Positions 13,893 to 28,082 of a DNA stretch of 64,000 bases are shown here, piece after piece. The stretch is from the NCBI GenBank assembly GCA_965235115.1, contig OZ249445.1, positions 26,102,001 to 26,166,000 of the forward strand, in the 5' to 3' direction. The translations under genes were made by a program, and so were the position numbers. The number at the start of each line of letters is the position of its first letter. Positions within the stretch are counted from its first letter, which is position 1. A model generated the notes under the pieces. It was not told where the DNA came from and did not search any database. It saw only the letters and a list, made by a program, of their open reading frames with translations. The stretch comes from Laetmonice hystrix (Eukaryota).

Positions 13893-15314
13893 CAGGTCTG
13901 AGAGATTTGTCAAGGACCGGTATACTTTATGCCTCAGACCACAAAGTGTAAGACCTAGGGGACCTGCATATACTCACTCAGATCAACGACCTCCTGGCAG
14001 GAACACCTCGGACTGTCTCCCCATATCAGGACAATGCGATTCTTAAAACTATTTTAGTTCGTAGTAAAACGTCCATTAATGGATATTAATGTTCTCATGT
14101 ATTTCATCACAGGAATCTACGGCGTATAGTATTCGGTCTGTGTCTAGTCCCACTATCTCTCCGGTAATGTATGAGGCAATAAAATTACTTTATACTCGTA
14201 ATAATTTATAAAGCGGGAATTGGACCTTGTTTCGTTTCATGTTGCGGTACGGAATTATCTAACTCTATAAAAAGAAGAAGGAAAAGCGTAGAGACTCAGA
14301 CAAAGAGCGTCAAAGCATTTGTTGGTGAGGTATCTTCGTACTACGTATAGCAGCAAGGCGAGAAAAAGTAGATGTTATTTCGTTCCGTTGAAATCGTTGA
14401 ACCGTTGAAATAGGCTGCGTACGTCTTAGCACACAAACCACCAGGCGACTTTTAGTTTACGTTATTTGAGAGGATTTTTTTCACAGGGACATTTTAACGA
14501 TTCCTAGCAATGGAGATTATGGTCATGATTAATAGTAAAATAAAAAAAACACCAAAATAATATTCCTCATTTAAAAAAGAAAGCTAAAGGCATTTCTCTT
14601 TTGCAATACAAGCTCATGCGAACGAAGCACATAATCTTTGGATCCCCACTGAAATCCACCCCCCCCCCCTGCCTCACTTTCCTAATTAGTTCCTCTACTG
14701 ATTTCGCCGTTCCCAATGCGGCCTACCATTTGAAACCGGCTTGCCACACCTTCATTCACTCCCCAGTCTTGCTCAAACCTCCTTAAGCAACATTGACTGG
14801 CACTAAAGTCAGTGATCAGTAGGACAGTGTCTGGGCCACACTGCCCTCCGGCAATTAACCTCGATTATCGATTAGATTTCCCACGACGATTTAGGTTCTA
14901 GTACGTCTGTTTCAATAGTGTGAACGCACGGACAAGGACAGAAGTCTCAGCACTTATAGCAAATGACCCTCACTATAAGTATAATATTAAAACATATAAC
15001 TAAAGAGTGTTTGGAAAGTTCATGTTGGAGGGGGTGGTGGCAAGGGGGTAAGAAAATCTCTCACTCTCTACTTAGTATCACACCGCGGTGGTCGATAAAT
15101 ATAACCCGGAGGGGGTCCTTACTCCTTGTGCAAACGCCACTTTGATGGCTATAGCCACTACGTTACTGTTATATAGGAGTGCCACTGGCCGCCTTTCGTT
15201 CTAAAAACCAGTCTGTGATGCCCTACGGATGTTTAGTATAAGATACGGTTGTCACTCGTTCTCCCAACACGTCTGGAGGAGTCAGACGTTAGACATTTGT
15301 GGCTCGCTCAGACG

Positions 15315-15334
15315 CCGGAAGTGACGTTACGTCA
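15315..15334 (+). promoter_or_regulatory. Composite ETS/CRE element (CCGGAAGTGACGT) overlapping the palindrome TGACGT-T-ACGTCA
   Basis: Motif read directly within a CpG-rich patch. Overlapping ETS-CRE sites are a known proximal-promoter feature in metazoans. Confidence 0.5.
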
Positions 15335-18300
15335 GACGCCCGCCAATTCACACTTGCGAGGCGTCGCACCACAAGATCTATACGATGTCACGTTATCGTA
15401 TCAGGATAAATGCAACCATTTGGGATCAGTTTCATCTTGGTAGGCCACCTCGTCTGCTATACCCACTCAAAGGTAAAACGGGTTGGATAAAGGTAGTAGA
15501 AAAGTCTCAAAGATGAATACAACTTTTTGTACCCTTTCGTTCTCCAAGGAACCCCTCGTCTGCACCAAAAATACCCCTGTTTGGCGGGGTGCCAAGATTT
15601 GGCGTTATAGGCCGGTCAATGACCACGTGGTGTCTGTCTCGATTCCGTACGCGGCCATTCCGTGTAGTAGTAGTAGCCGCGACGTTCCGTGTGCCGTTTC
15701 CGTCGACCTCACAGAGTGGTACCAATTACGAGTAAGGCGAGCCACATGGAGGCGGCATCGACTGCTGGAGCTACCTCCAGGGGGACGGGCTGGGGGTGCA
15801 AACTGCTCCAGTGCTACTCCTGGTGATTGCTCCCGGAGCCTGAACCTCTAAGTGTCCAGGCCTGAGCGGGGTAAATGTACAATATATATATATTCCTCGT
15901 ACATAACATAAAATATTTAAACATAGGGAAACCAGGGGCCTGTGTAGAAACCACGTTATCATAAAGAACCGCGTTACTGATCTCTATGTACATAGTCTAC
16001 GTTTAAACCTGTCTACATTGACACCTGGGATATAGTGTTTCCGAATTAAAGTATGGACCGACAGCAAAAAAAGGGATGGCTTTAGATATTGGATTGCAGG
16101 CGGAAGCTTAGAATCTATGGCCTGGATGAGTTCCTCTAGGGTGTTTTCTTTCTGGTTTCACAATTGTTTCCTTGGGACTCTGATGAAGTTTAAATAATTG
16201 CCATCTTTCTTAATTATCACGCTGGAATACGGCATTGTTTCGTACACAGACCAATTTGGTATAATAGGTGTTTGCGAGTTCTACGTCGTTTAGATTTGGA
16301 AACCTCATTATGAGAAATATACCTCACATATCAAAATAATGATCCAAATGGGAGGCTTTCAGTATCGGAATAATTGCTTACACCACCTGTGCTGCCAGAC
16401 ATCGTGTATTTCTATATGGCATCTTATGTTCTAGTTGTTATCTAAGAACAGGGCCAGGCGAGTTTTAACTTGATAAAAGATTTCGAGAAACCGCACCAGC
16501 AAAATTATCTTAAGTTATCCTGATCCTATCCCAGAACGAATTCTACCTCGCCCTTCCCCACCTCAAATCTACTCCATCGACCTGGCCCACCTCCCAGAGC
16601 GGTCGATATGGTTTTTCAGGCGGAATACCTAATAGAAAGAACGTATTAGAATGGTCAGGGAAACCTGATGGTGCCCTCCTAAGACCTCTCTGAGAGAGCT
16701 CCTTCACTTCCTCAATGGTTGCGTAGGATTTATTTCACATGGAACACAGCTATTCATACCGAAGCGGATTTAGGCCCTGCCTTGCCAGTGACAAGGCAAT
16801 TTGCTAACGAGTTCCTTTGCCGGGGCCAATATGGGGCCATTAAACAGAAAACATTTGGCTATGATAGCCTCCTCCTATCTATACATCCCTTATTTCATTT
16901 CCTTATATTCACATATCTGCCCCGGGAGTCGATTTGAAACAAAACGCCCGCCTTCCAGAAGTAATTCGGGACTCTTGGCCCGCGCTGGGCCCGCGCTGCC
17001 CTGGCGGCCACCTATATTTTCCTGCAGCATGACCCGGCTGGTAAAAGGGCAATGGAATCGATTCGAGGAAGTAAATAAGATCTCAGGGTTCCAATCCCAG
17101 CGAGAGACCCAAAGGGGGTCGTCAAAATAAAATGCAATCATAGGGAACGTTTCCAATCTGACCATCAAAACTCATGAATAAAGATCAGGCGAATTTGGTT
17201 AAGGAAATCGGTGTATTCATGGTAACTTAATTAGATAACTAATGTGACCCGAGAAGATCCAGGTGACGTCTCCCACCGAACGATAACGTTATATTTCGTT
17301 CAGTGGTTTGTTGACCTATTCAGTGAAAAGATATTTTCTTCTTGAGTCTGTCTCCGGAATTCACCGACTGAAGAGCTGGGACTGTGTAAAACTGTGATGA
17401 AAATGGGGCTTTCTCTAGGGATAAATTTGTCGTATTGCCCTTTCCAGTAAACTCGCTCTATCCCGGAAAGTAAACTTACTCATTATAAACGAGGTTGTTG
17501 ATGATGTATTTCTTACGGTAAACAATGTTTTGCCACAGTTAACCTCATGTGTTTATGTAGTGCGCGCGTCGACTTCTGTCTGTTACCCACATTAAATGGG
17601 CAAATAACGACATGACGACGACGGCGCTGTTTTTGTAACTCAAGCATATCTTTGTCAATTTAAAGCCACACATTAGATTATGACTTAAAGTCTATCTGCT
17701 GTACCCTGATAAAAATGAAACGAATATAATTAGAAAAGGTACGCGAGATATATCGGCTGCAAATGGCAATTTATACGTTGCGATCTATTTAAAATGTTTT
17801 ATTATATTTTGATTGACCGTTATAGTCGATTTTAAGCGTGATTTTAAGCGTCGGTTTTGGCAGTCACGTGATATTTTTTGATGCGTCCCGTTCCGGTAAG
17901 AAAACTATACAGTATGCCCCCCCCCCCCAAAAAAAAAAGATAGTCTAACTTTAGGTGTGCAATACGCCTAGATATTTTAGAGGATTGTCGAATTTTGAAT
18001 TTTGAAGTTAAAGTTGAACATAAAGTTTGATCCCCCTAGATAACTCTCAGCAAGTTTGGTGTTGACAGGGTCACGCATTACTGATCACAACCAGTATCTC
18101 TTTTTGACAATGGACCACAGACTATCATTTTTGGGGGGACCTACTGTACATCACTATGGTAACAGGTCGGTTAGGTCAAACATGCTGTGTTCACTCTCCG
18201 AAATGCTATCACGTCAATTACTACGAATTTGAATCCCCATCATATCCGCTACCAGCGCCTCTTATCTCGCTGTGTCCGCATATTCATACGGGTCTGGCGT

Positions 18301-18568
18301 ATCACTGCCAGACTGTGGCTAGTACTGTGAGTGATAAGGGTCACGTTTGTCAAAATGTACGTGTCTCCCGTATACAATAGAATGACGTAGTAGAATTCTC
18401 TCTCTTGTACTGCCGGGTATGGAGGAGAGGGGGGAGGTAGGGTGGGTGTGACCTGTCGGCACGGTGGTGGATACGCCAGAAGGCGGTGTCTAAATATCCC
18501 AAGAGACTGTTGTCTCATGTTCAGGCTCAGCATCGATTCCTCCCAGACACTGACGTGTGTATACGTAC

Positions 18569-21235
18569 GTCTCCGTGTGGTGTTGGTTGGTGTATTAAGT
18601 CGGGGTGAGTACAGGGTGGGCCCGGTCTCCGTGTGGTGTTGGTTGGTGTATTAAGTCGGGGTGAGTACAGGGTGGGTCCGGTCTCCGTGTGGTGTTGGTG
18701 TATTAAGTCGGGGTGAGTACAGGGTGGGTCCGGTCTCCGTGTGGTGTTGGTTGGTGTATTAAGTCGGGGTGAGTACAGGGTGGGTCCGGTCTCCGTGTGG
18801 TGTTGGTTGGTGTATTAAGTCGGGTTGAGTACAGGGTGGGTCCGGTCTCCGTGTGGTGTTGGTTGGTGTATTAAGTCGGGTTGAGTACAGGGTGGGTCCG
18901 GTCTCCGTGTGGTGTTGGTTGGTGTATTAAGTCGGGGTGGGTACAGGGTGGGTCCGGTCTCCGTGTGGTGTTGGTTGGTGTATTAAGTCGGGTTGAGTAC
19001 AGGGTGGGTCCGGTCTCCGTGTGGTGTTGGTTGGTGTATTAAGTCGGGGTGAGTACAGGGTGGGTCCGGTCTCCGTGTGGTGTTGGTTGGTGTATTAAGT
19101 CGGGTTGAGTACAGGGTGGGTCCGGTCTCCGTGTGGTGTTGGTTGGTGTATTAAGTCGGGGTGGGTACAGGGTGGGTCCGGTCTCCGTGTGGTGTTGGTT
19201 GGTGTATTAAGTCGGGGTGAGTACAGGGTGGGCCCGGTCTCCGTGTGGTGTTGGTTGGTGTATTAAGTCGGGGTGAGTACAGGGTGGGTCCGGTCTCCGT
19301 GTGGTGTTGGTGTATTAAGTCGGGGTGAGTACAGGGTGGGTCCGGTCTCCGTGTGGTGTTGGTTGGTGTATTAAGTCGGGTTGAGTACAGGGTGGGTCCG
19401 GTCTCCGTGTGGTGTTGGTTGGTGTATTAAGTCGGGGTGGGTACAGGGTGGGTCCGGTCTCCGTGTGGTGTTGGTTGGTGTATTAAGTCGGGTTGAGTAC
19501 AGGGTGGGTCCGGTCTCCGTGTGGTGTTGGTTGGTGTATTAAGTCGGGGTGGGTACAGGGTGGGTCCGGTCTCCGTGTGGTGTTGGTTGGTGTATTAAGT
19601 CGGGTTGAGTACAGGGTGGGTCCGGTCTCCGTGTGGTGTTGGTTGGTGTATTAAGTCGGGGTGAGTACAGGGTGGGTCCGGTCTCCGTGTGGTGTTGGTT
19701 GGTGTATTAAGTCGGGTTGAGTACAGGGTGGGTCCGGTCTCCGTGTGGTGTTGGTTGGTGTATTAAGTCGGGGTGGGTACAGGGTGGGTCCGGTCTCCGT
19801 GTGGTGTTGGTTGGTGTATTAAGTCGGGGTGGGTACAGGGTGGGTCCGGTCTTCGTGTGGTGTTGGTTGGTGTATTAAGTCGGGGTGGGTACAGGGTGGG
19901 TCCGGTCTCCGTGTGGTGTTGGTTGGTGTATTAAGTCGGGGTGGGTACAGGGTGGGTCCGGTCTTCGTGTGGTGTTGGTTGGTGTATTAAGTCGGGGTGA
20001 GTACAGGGTGGGTCCGGTCTCCGTGTGGTGTTGGTTGGTGTATTAAGTCGGGGTGAGTACAGGGTGGGTCCGGTCTCCGTGTGGTGTTGGTTGGTGTATT
20101 AAGTCGGGGTGGGTACAGGGTGGGTCCGGTCTCCGTGTGGTGTTGGTTGGTGTATTAAGTCGGGGTGGGTACAGGGTGGGTCCGGTCTCCGTGTGGTGTT
20201 GGTGTATTAAGTCGGGGTGAGTACAGGGTGGGTCCGGTCTCCGTGTGGTGTTGGTGTATTAAGTCGGGGTGAGTACAGGGTGGGTCCGGTCTCCGTGTGG
20301 TGTTGGTTGGTGTATTAAGTCGGGTTGAGTACAGGGTGGGTCCGGTCTCCGTGTGGTGTTGGTTGGTGTATTAAGTCGGGGTGAGTACAGGGTGGGTCCG
20401 GTCTCCGTGTGGTGTTGGTTGGTGTATTAAGTCGGGGTGAGTACAGGGTGGGTCCGGTCTCCGTGTGGTGTTGGTTGGTGTATTAAGTCGGGGTGAGTAC
20501 AGGGTGGGTCCGGTCTCCGTGTGGTGTTGGTTGGTGTATTAAGTCGGGGTGGGTACAGGGTGGGTCCGGTCTCCGTGTGGTGTTGGTTGGTGTATTAAGT
20601 CGGGGTGGGTACAGGGTGGGTCCGGTCTCCGTGTGGTGTTGGTTGGTGTATTAAGTCGGGGTGAGTACAGGGTGGGTCCGGTCTCCGTGTGGTGTTGGTT
20701 GGTGTATTAAGTCGGGGTGAGTACAGGGTGGGTCCGGTCTCCGTGTGGTGTTGGTGTATTAAGTCGGGGTGAGTACAGGGTGGGTCCGGTCTCCGTGTGG
20801 TGTTGGTTGGTGTATTAAGTCGGGTTGAGTACAGGGTGGGTCCGGTCTCCGTGTGGTGTTGGTTGGTGTATTAAGTCGGGGTGAGTACAGGGTGGGTCCG
20901 GTCTCCGTGTGGTGTTGGTTGGTGTATTAAGTCGGAGTGAGTACAGGGTGGGTCCGGTCTCCGTGTGGTGTTGGTTGGTGTATTAAGTCGGGGTGAGTAC
21001 AGGGTGGGTCTGGTCTCCGTGTGGTGTTGGTTGGTGTATTAAGTCGGGGTGAGTACAGGGTGGGTCCGGTCTCCGTGTGGTGTTGGTTGGTGTATTAAGT
21101 CGGGGTGAGTACAGGGTGGGTCTGGTCTCCGTGTGGTGTTGGTGTATTAAGTCGGGGTGAGTACAGGGTGGGTCCGGTCTCCGTGTGGTGTTGGTTGGTG
21201 TATTAAGTCGGGGTGAGTACAGGGTGGGTCCGGTC
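18569..21235. repeat. Minisatellite 4, 56-bp G/T-rich unit (52-bp variant), ~48 units
   Basis: Unit CTCCGTGTGGTGTTGGTTGGTGTATTAAGTCGGGGTGAGTACAGGGTGGGTCCGGT. The variant lacks one TTGG; strong strand asymmetry. Confidence 0.97.
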
Positions 21236-21479
21236 GGAGGGATGACACGAGTCTTTACAGTACTTCTGGTTATCTGGTTACCAGACATAGCAGACAGGCT
21301 CATTGAATGCATCCACAGTTCCCTTCGCCGTTGCTTTCTTAGAAATACAATAGAGCACCTTTGGTAACCGTTTGGATACTTGGAAACACGGAAGAGTTGT
21401 TTTGTAAAGGGTCATTTTTAGAGTTTTCGATACTTGTCTTATCCCGCCTGTAATGGTTAAAGTGAAGGTAAACTAACGA

Positions 21480-21572
21480 AAAATGCTCAAATTGGCAAAC
21501 CAGCCAATAGGAAGCCTTTTAGTTTACTTAAGTAAGCTTTACTCAAGTTGAGAATTTTTGAAATACTGGGCC
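21480..21572. mobile_element. Right end of a truncated Harbinger-like MITE
   Basis: Ends ...GAAATACTGGGCC|CAG like the 13.7-kb element and shares the internal CAGCCAAT motif. No matching left end was seen, so the left boundary is approximate. Confidence 0.4.
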
Positions 21573-24500
21573 CAGGGGGCCTGGTCCCCCTTTTTAACAT
21601 CAGGTTTTCCTGCTGCGTACTTTTTCCTACATACCCTCCTTTCTTTACATACAAATGTTCCATAGATAGTAAAAGTTGACCCTGAAGACCAGAGCGTGTC
21701 CGAATTCTATCAAGGTTTTGTCACTGTACAGTTGAAGACGAAAAAAGAATTCGTAATTTCGATCCCTATTACGTATGTTCGCATCTTGCCGCTGGCTTCA
21801 AGATTCTGACCGGGGACAGGTGACCTTTTCAAACAAACAGTCGTGCATATATGAATTCTTCCGCTCCAAGACGGAACAACCATCTTCCTTGGGCCGTGCT
21901 GGTGGTGCTGGTGGTGCTGGCGGTGCTTCATGGATGTCAGTGGTGGTGGGGGAGAGGGCAAAGGGGGCCAGTGGGGTTAGCTACTCCTGGGTGTCACCAA
22001 CGGTGTAAACGTATTTAAGTCTATGCCCCGCCATTGACGGCCGCAGATGTATAACCTAATGATTCGTATGGAATACCTGCGGTAGATATTTTCGGAAGCG
22101 AGGTGAATATTGAGGAAGTGTCGCACCAGGTCGGCGCGCTGCGGGCAGCTGTCAATCAAGGTCAATAATTCGAGGCGGGACTGTGTGAGCTATCGATTCC
22201 CACTCTGACAAGTCGGTGTAATTTGTCGTCAGCCACTCGGAGACGGGAGTGGGAAGAGGCAGGCCAGACTACCAATTCTCAACCTCCCGACACAAACAGA
22301 TGGGTTGTCACGACGAGACATCCCAGACATCAGGGGGGGGGGGGTTGGCACCATGACGAGTCCCCTACGATAGCCACGGCTCCGCATTGGATCAGATTGG
22401 GATATTTCGGAGAAAAAGTCGGATAAGTAGTGGAGGGATTGGCTAGAAGGAAAAGGAGGGCTGAAATCGGCTGGGGGAGGGGGCTGGAATTAAGTGCATG
22501 GGGTAGCTGATGGAAGGGAATTCAATACCTGAACGTTTGTAGTAAATTAAAGGCGAGGTCCCCTTTCTTCCATTGCGCGGTTGATTCCGTCCTTTTTCTG
22601 AGTGGACAATAATGAAATAGGTTGGTTTCTGTGATTATAAGATCTCGATATAGTTACAGAGACCCGGCAACCCCGTTTGTGTGTGTGGACAGACGGACCG
22701 GGTGATTTCTGCATTATCGTAGAATAACGGCCAGAGACCCCGTCTGGTTTTGTAAGCATAGACTCGCGATCTGAAGGTGGCCTAAATCGTCAAGATTCTG
22801 GAACGAAGGGGTCGTTTCGTTATAGCGTTAATGGAAGAGGGCAGTTGTGGATGTCCTCATCTTTTATTCCATATAGGGGAGCATAGCCCCAATTTTATAT
22901 TTTGGGTTTGATCCCGGCTCACCCTGCAGACGTGAACACTATCCAGTGCTAGCCTTGATTTAAATCAGAAGTCAGCATAACCGACCCAACATGTTTGATA
23001 AGCCACGTTGCCAGGACGGGGCATGTTTTGCCCAAAGTGGATCTATTCAGACACGGGCACAAGGTCAGAAACGTGCGCGCGTGCGCTTGGCATCGCTTCC
23101 CCATTAATTGGGTTACAAATCAGAGAAATTCCCAAATGGGCGACAGACACTGCTTATCAAAATAGGGATTTTCACCGAACCCGCCATTAACGTCGGATAA
23201 ATAGGTTAAAGTGGCTGGGAAATGGATGTCGTGGATCATTCCTATTTGGCCTCCTCGGCAAGTGGAATTTTAAAGTTTCAAATCTCTTTGGCCACATTGA
23301 TCGAAAGCTGTTTTTGATATTTTCCTTTCTGTACTCATTGAAAAATAACATGCACGATGCCGACATGAGACAGTCCCGAAACTTTAAAATAGTAACATCA
23401 TTGCACTAATATGTTATAAGATTAAGCAGCATATAAATGATGAATTCACTTTTTGTATAGTCCTACATATCCATGCAGTCCTATAGGTTGTTACATAGAG
23501 CATGCCGTTTTGTGAATCGACTGGCTTTCTTCAAAAGAAAACAGCGCAATCTCGCACATTTAGAGACAACTAGAACTAAATAGGAGGTGATCCAACCATC
23601 CACAGCCTGACGTACTTCGACTCTCACCAGTCGAAGGGTTTCGGTGGCCGAGTGGGTTTGGGCGCTGGCTGCCGCCGCGACTCGTTACTTGTGGGTTTGA
23701 CCTCCTACATCCGGTGCCACCTCCCCATCCAGTGACACTGGTCCATGAGGGAGCGAACTCTCAGATGTGACATGAGGAAGACGGTGTCTGCCAGACAGCA
23801 ATCTATAGCCAGGTGATAGCCACACAGCAGTAGCCATCACTGATAGGTCTGACTGACACCTCCGTGCTAGCTTTCCCACGCGACCCAGGAATAGATCGAT
23901 TTTACTTCATAATATTCTAATCTTGTTATCGCCGTAAAGATGGCCTTGGTTGGCCAACACTCCCTCGCGGACTCACACGTGGTATCTCACAGTTTGCCTT
24001 TAAGAAATCATACTTTCCTTCTTGAAATGACAAATCTAGTTTCCTTTAAATGAGAGTAAGAACCTTCCTGCTATACCCTGGCTGTGAGGAGATAGAACAT
24101 TGTTGGTTTGTCCTCCTTGACCAGTCGCATGGGTTATCGTCATTTCTGGTCTGACGGACATCGCCCCTGTCTGGGAGATGGTATTCGTCCTTATCACAAA
24201 CTACGTGGGGGTGGATCGACTGGCGTATACTGGCCTGGGGTTGGGTGAATTGGAGGGTACGGAGGGGTGGCAGTCAGTGGAGGAAGGGGGAAAGGGGTGC
24301 AGGTTGTATGGGTGGTCAGTCAGGGGTTTCTATAGATGCTGGATCTTTAGACTGCATGGTCCTATCGGCCATCAATTCAGCAGAGCTTTTGGAAGCTAAG
24401 GCTGCTACCCTGTGAATGGAGACGTTATAATGATAATTAGAGTCATAATAATATGGAGTAATATTCCCTGACTGTTGATAGGGATTCGACATAAACGTAA

Positions 24501-27500
24501 TATAGGCCTATACTATTGGGTTTCACTATTGATCAGCAAAATACTGGTCTGCTCCTGCACCTTATGTATCGCTACAAACATCGTATTTCATATCGACAAA
24601 CTCTACCAAAATTAGCGGAACTATTGACAGTCTATGATCTTTGCTACTTTTTTCGCGCCCGCCATTTCTTTCACAAACTTTCAGAGCAAAAAAAATGGTA
24701 AAATTTCAAGGCGCGTAAAAATTGTCGGTGGTTTACAGCGAGTGATTTAAGGTGTTTGAGGGTGGACGATCAAAGGCAGCGATCTCGGTGACGGATTGAC
24801 GGTTGCTCGGGACGGGCGCGGTGGGACTATACGGAACGGTGGCTACTCGGAAAGGTCAGAGTGGGATTATACGGAATAATGATCGACCCCTTCACAGTTG
24901 ATGGCAGTCCTGTCTGATAACCTCGGAAAGGCTCCAAGTCAGAATGTCCAAACATTATCTGATACTTTTTGGGGGGACCAATGGATTCATACCAGCTCGT
25001 CTAAAATGGTCTTTGATTTGCGTTTTTTAGGGGGTAACTTGGTAAGTGGATTGTAGTGAACACAAGGTATTAAAAGTCTGATGCCATAAAGAATGACTCC
25101 CGCTGTTTGAATGTGGTTAGTCGGGCGGGGAAGCCATGCGCCTGAGCCAACAACCTCATTATGCCGAACAAGCCGACTTTATAACTAGAACAACTGGATC
25201 TCGCAACAAGATCACAGACGATTGATGCGTGGAAAATTATGTGGAAAGCCATTACACACTAATTAGCAATCTTTAATATTTGCCGCACGCAGGTCGGTAT
25301 AAGAACCCCCCAAGTGGAGGAGGAAAGCCGTTTGTTATGTATACCTCTCGACTACATCGCCTCGCGTTAATTGCGTCGAATTGAGCTATTAATGTCAGTT
25401 TTGATGTTTACTAATATGCAGGCAGGATCTTGAGACGGAATCATCGCGATCCGTAGGGATCTGATGCGCGGGCCCAGTTATTGTTGTCGGAGGGTGGTTT
25501 TAGGTGACGGAGCTCATAAAATGATTCGCCCTTCACGCCGCGTTTCAATTTCCGTTGGATTTCGCATACATTATTTCCGGACGACGAGTTTCGCAATAAA
25601 AAATGGAGAATATCACAAAAGGGAAAGTGAAGCAAGCTTAAACGACTTTATGAATGCCAGGGCTCTCAGAAAGAGAGGGTACTTTCCACTATACTTCTAT
25701 ATGGCATTATAACTATAGCTTTAACACGGTTACTCATATATAAGATTTCTCTTTACCCAAGTCGGGTATAAGGAAATAGTGAAGTAATTTAAAAAGGGAG
25801 TTTATGCATCCATGTGCGTAATCTTCAACACGTGGACGAATTCCCTCACTTCGTAAAACAATATCCTTCTCATTTCAAGTGACAACACACTTGTGTCAAT
25901 TTTTGTCCTTTTTGTGTCAATTTTTGTCCTAATTCCAGCTTCACTGATGGAACTTTTCCTATGCATGGACGCAGTTATTCGTGTTCATCTTCGACCTTTC
26001 CATGCTCATTATGATGTCAGTCAATACCGTATCGGGGTTAGAGTTGATCTTTGCCGCTCAATTATGTTTAGGTTGATCATACTTTGACCGAGAACATGGT
26101 GTAGTATCGGTCCTGTTGGCAGTGTCGTGCCATTACTTTGGATACGCATCCAAACGTTGATGCCCGATATAGATCGCTTTAAAACGTTGTTCACTCAATC
26201 TTGTAATCGTGTCATCGGCTAAGCGTGCGTGTTGGGGGCTCTCCCCTTTTACTTGTGAAGATGTCTTCCATTTGGCCTACATAATATTGAGAACATATTG
26301 AAGTCAAATAAGGTTCACTGCTGCTCTTTCTGTTGATCTTTGCCGTCAAGAACCGTGTCATTTTCACTCATTGCTAGATAATTGATTTACACATCCTAGT
26401 TGAGGTGTGGATGAAATCCATTGTTTCCACAAAGGACAGTGAACAAAGTCAAAGAACATTCGCCCTTTCAGTTCGTACCATTGTCCCCCCAACTTAATCT
26501 TGTCATAAGCTGCATTGACTTTCGTCTTGGTCCCTTCTAATAGCCACCGCTAATGCTAAAGATTTTTGTTCCTTTGAACGTTTTAAATTTTCTCCTCGGT
26601 GACCCTGAAGTACGTTTCGTTACTTCCAACTGATGCAGCCTTTTTCACGTTTGAAATTTCATATGGGAAACCGATCAGATGTACACTTGGTTTATTCTCA
26701 CCGAGGTAGGTTGACGATCGGTGTACGAGCAGCCTTGAGGTTTAGGTTGATAGGTATATCTCAGGGACCATCCTATCACCTTCCCCTCCTCCTGCCCCTC
26801 CGCCTCTCTCCTTCTCTCTCTAGCTCTCATGCAGACTGGTTAATCCCCCTTCAGATCCAAGAGACTCGTGCCTGGCGTCTCACCTGACGCCTCTATCTAA
26901 ATCCGCCTGTATTACGAGGCATTTGGAGAAGATTTTCCGTCATGCATCTCCCATCGCATGGTTGCTTGCCCGCTCTGATTGAAGGCGGCCCGACGAAAAT
27001 CGGCGGTGATTTGTCAGAATGGTATTGGTTTAGGGAGAGCGACAAGCTGTCGATCGGATAGCAGTATATTACGTGCTCGGGCTGACATTAAATCAGGGCG
27101 ACCGGTCCGGCATCAGGCCAGCCTTCTAAACTCGGGACATCTCGGGAGGCCAACGCCTGCAGCGCATGGCACGAACGGGGAAAAGGCGCCATGCTACCAA
27201 CAGAAAAGGCTATAGGAGTTGTGGGTCGTCTGGGGGGCTATTTGTCAAACTTTAATGGATGTGTGTGGGATGGGGGTAGGGGTTCATTGAAGGGGTAGCA
27301 AAGGCATGGGTGGGGGGTGGATATGGAGACAGAAAGGATTCGAGCCTGTAAGGGTCAACCCTTCAGGTTAAAATGGAGCATCATGACCTGTTATTACTGA
27401 ATTATGCTTAATGAATTATATTTAGCAAATATAATTGTAACATTCAAGGGGGTCGGCCAACCCCCCTTTCCCTTATAACAAATGCACCCATGGGCAGAAT

Positions 27501-28082
27501 CTCATTGGCGTCGTGGCGAATAATATGTGTCTGATGGCGAGGTAATCGAAGCATGGCCGTGACAATCACCGGGGGTATATTAATCTATGAACACATACCG
27601 CCCATGGCCCAGGGTTTTGTCCTGGTAAGCAAACACAAATGTTTGGTTTTATTCCTCTAGGGTACTGGGCGCCATATTAAAATATATCATCACCATCGTC
27701 CCAGGCGTGGGTGGGTGGAGGTGTGTGGGGTGTTGTTTATCTCTGTATCGTATCATATCATAACGCCCATCACAAACACCCCCACAACACGCCCCTACCT
27801 CAATCGTTCCCATGTCGTACACCATCGGTCATTGCTCTCTCCAGGAGATTATCGCTAATCCTAAATGGTTGGATTATACATGACGGTTGGGAAGCATGAA
27901 GTGCAGCCAGACTGCTGGTGGGGGGTGGGGGTCCCTCTGGGGAAATCAAACCCCCTCTGGTCCTCCTCACCCCCCATCCGACGCCTTGTTGGCGACTCCG
28001 GGCTGTTGCAAGCACGTGCACCGATTGGGAGTTCCGGTCGACTGTGTGCACGTGTTCTCTCTTCCGGCATCAAACCTGGCGG

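Noticed and set aside
18569-21235. Telomeric repeat
   Set aside because: G/T-rich but contains no TTAGGG/TTAGG runs; it is a complex 56-bp unit at an internal position.
25890-26580. Degenerate coding-like text on the minus strand
   Set aside because: Many stops and frame changes and no recognisable motif; cannot be distinguished from random sequence by eye.
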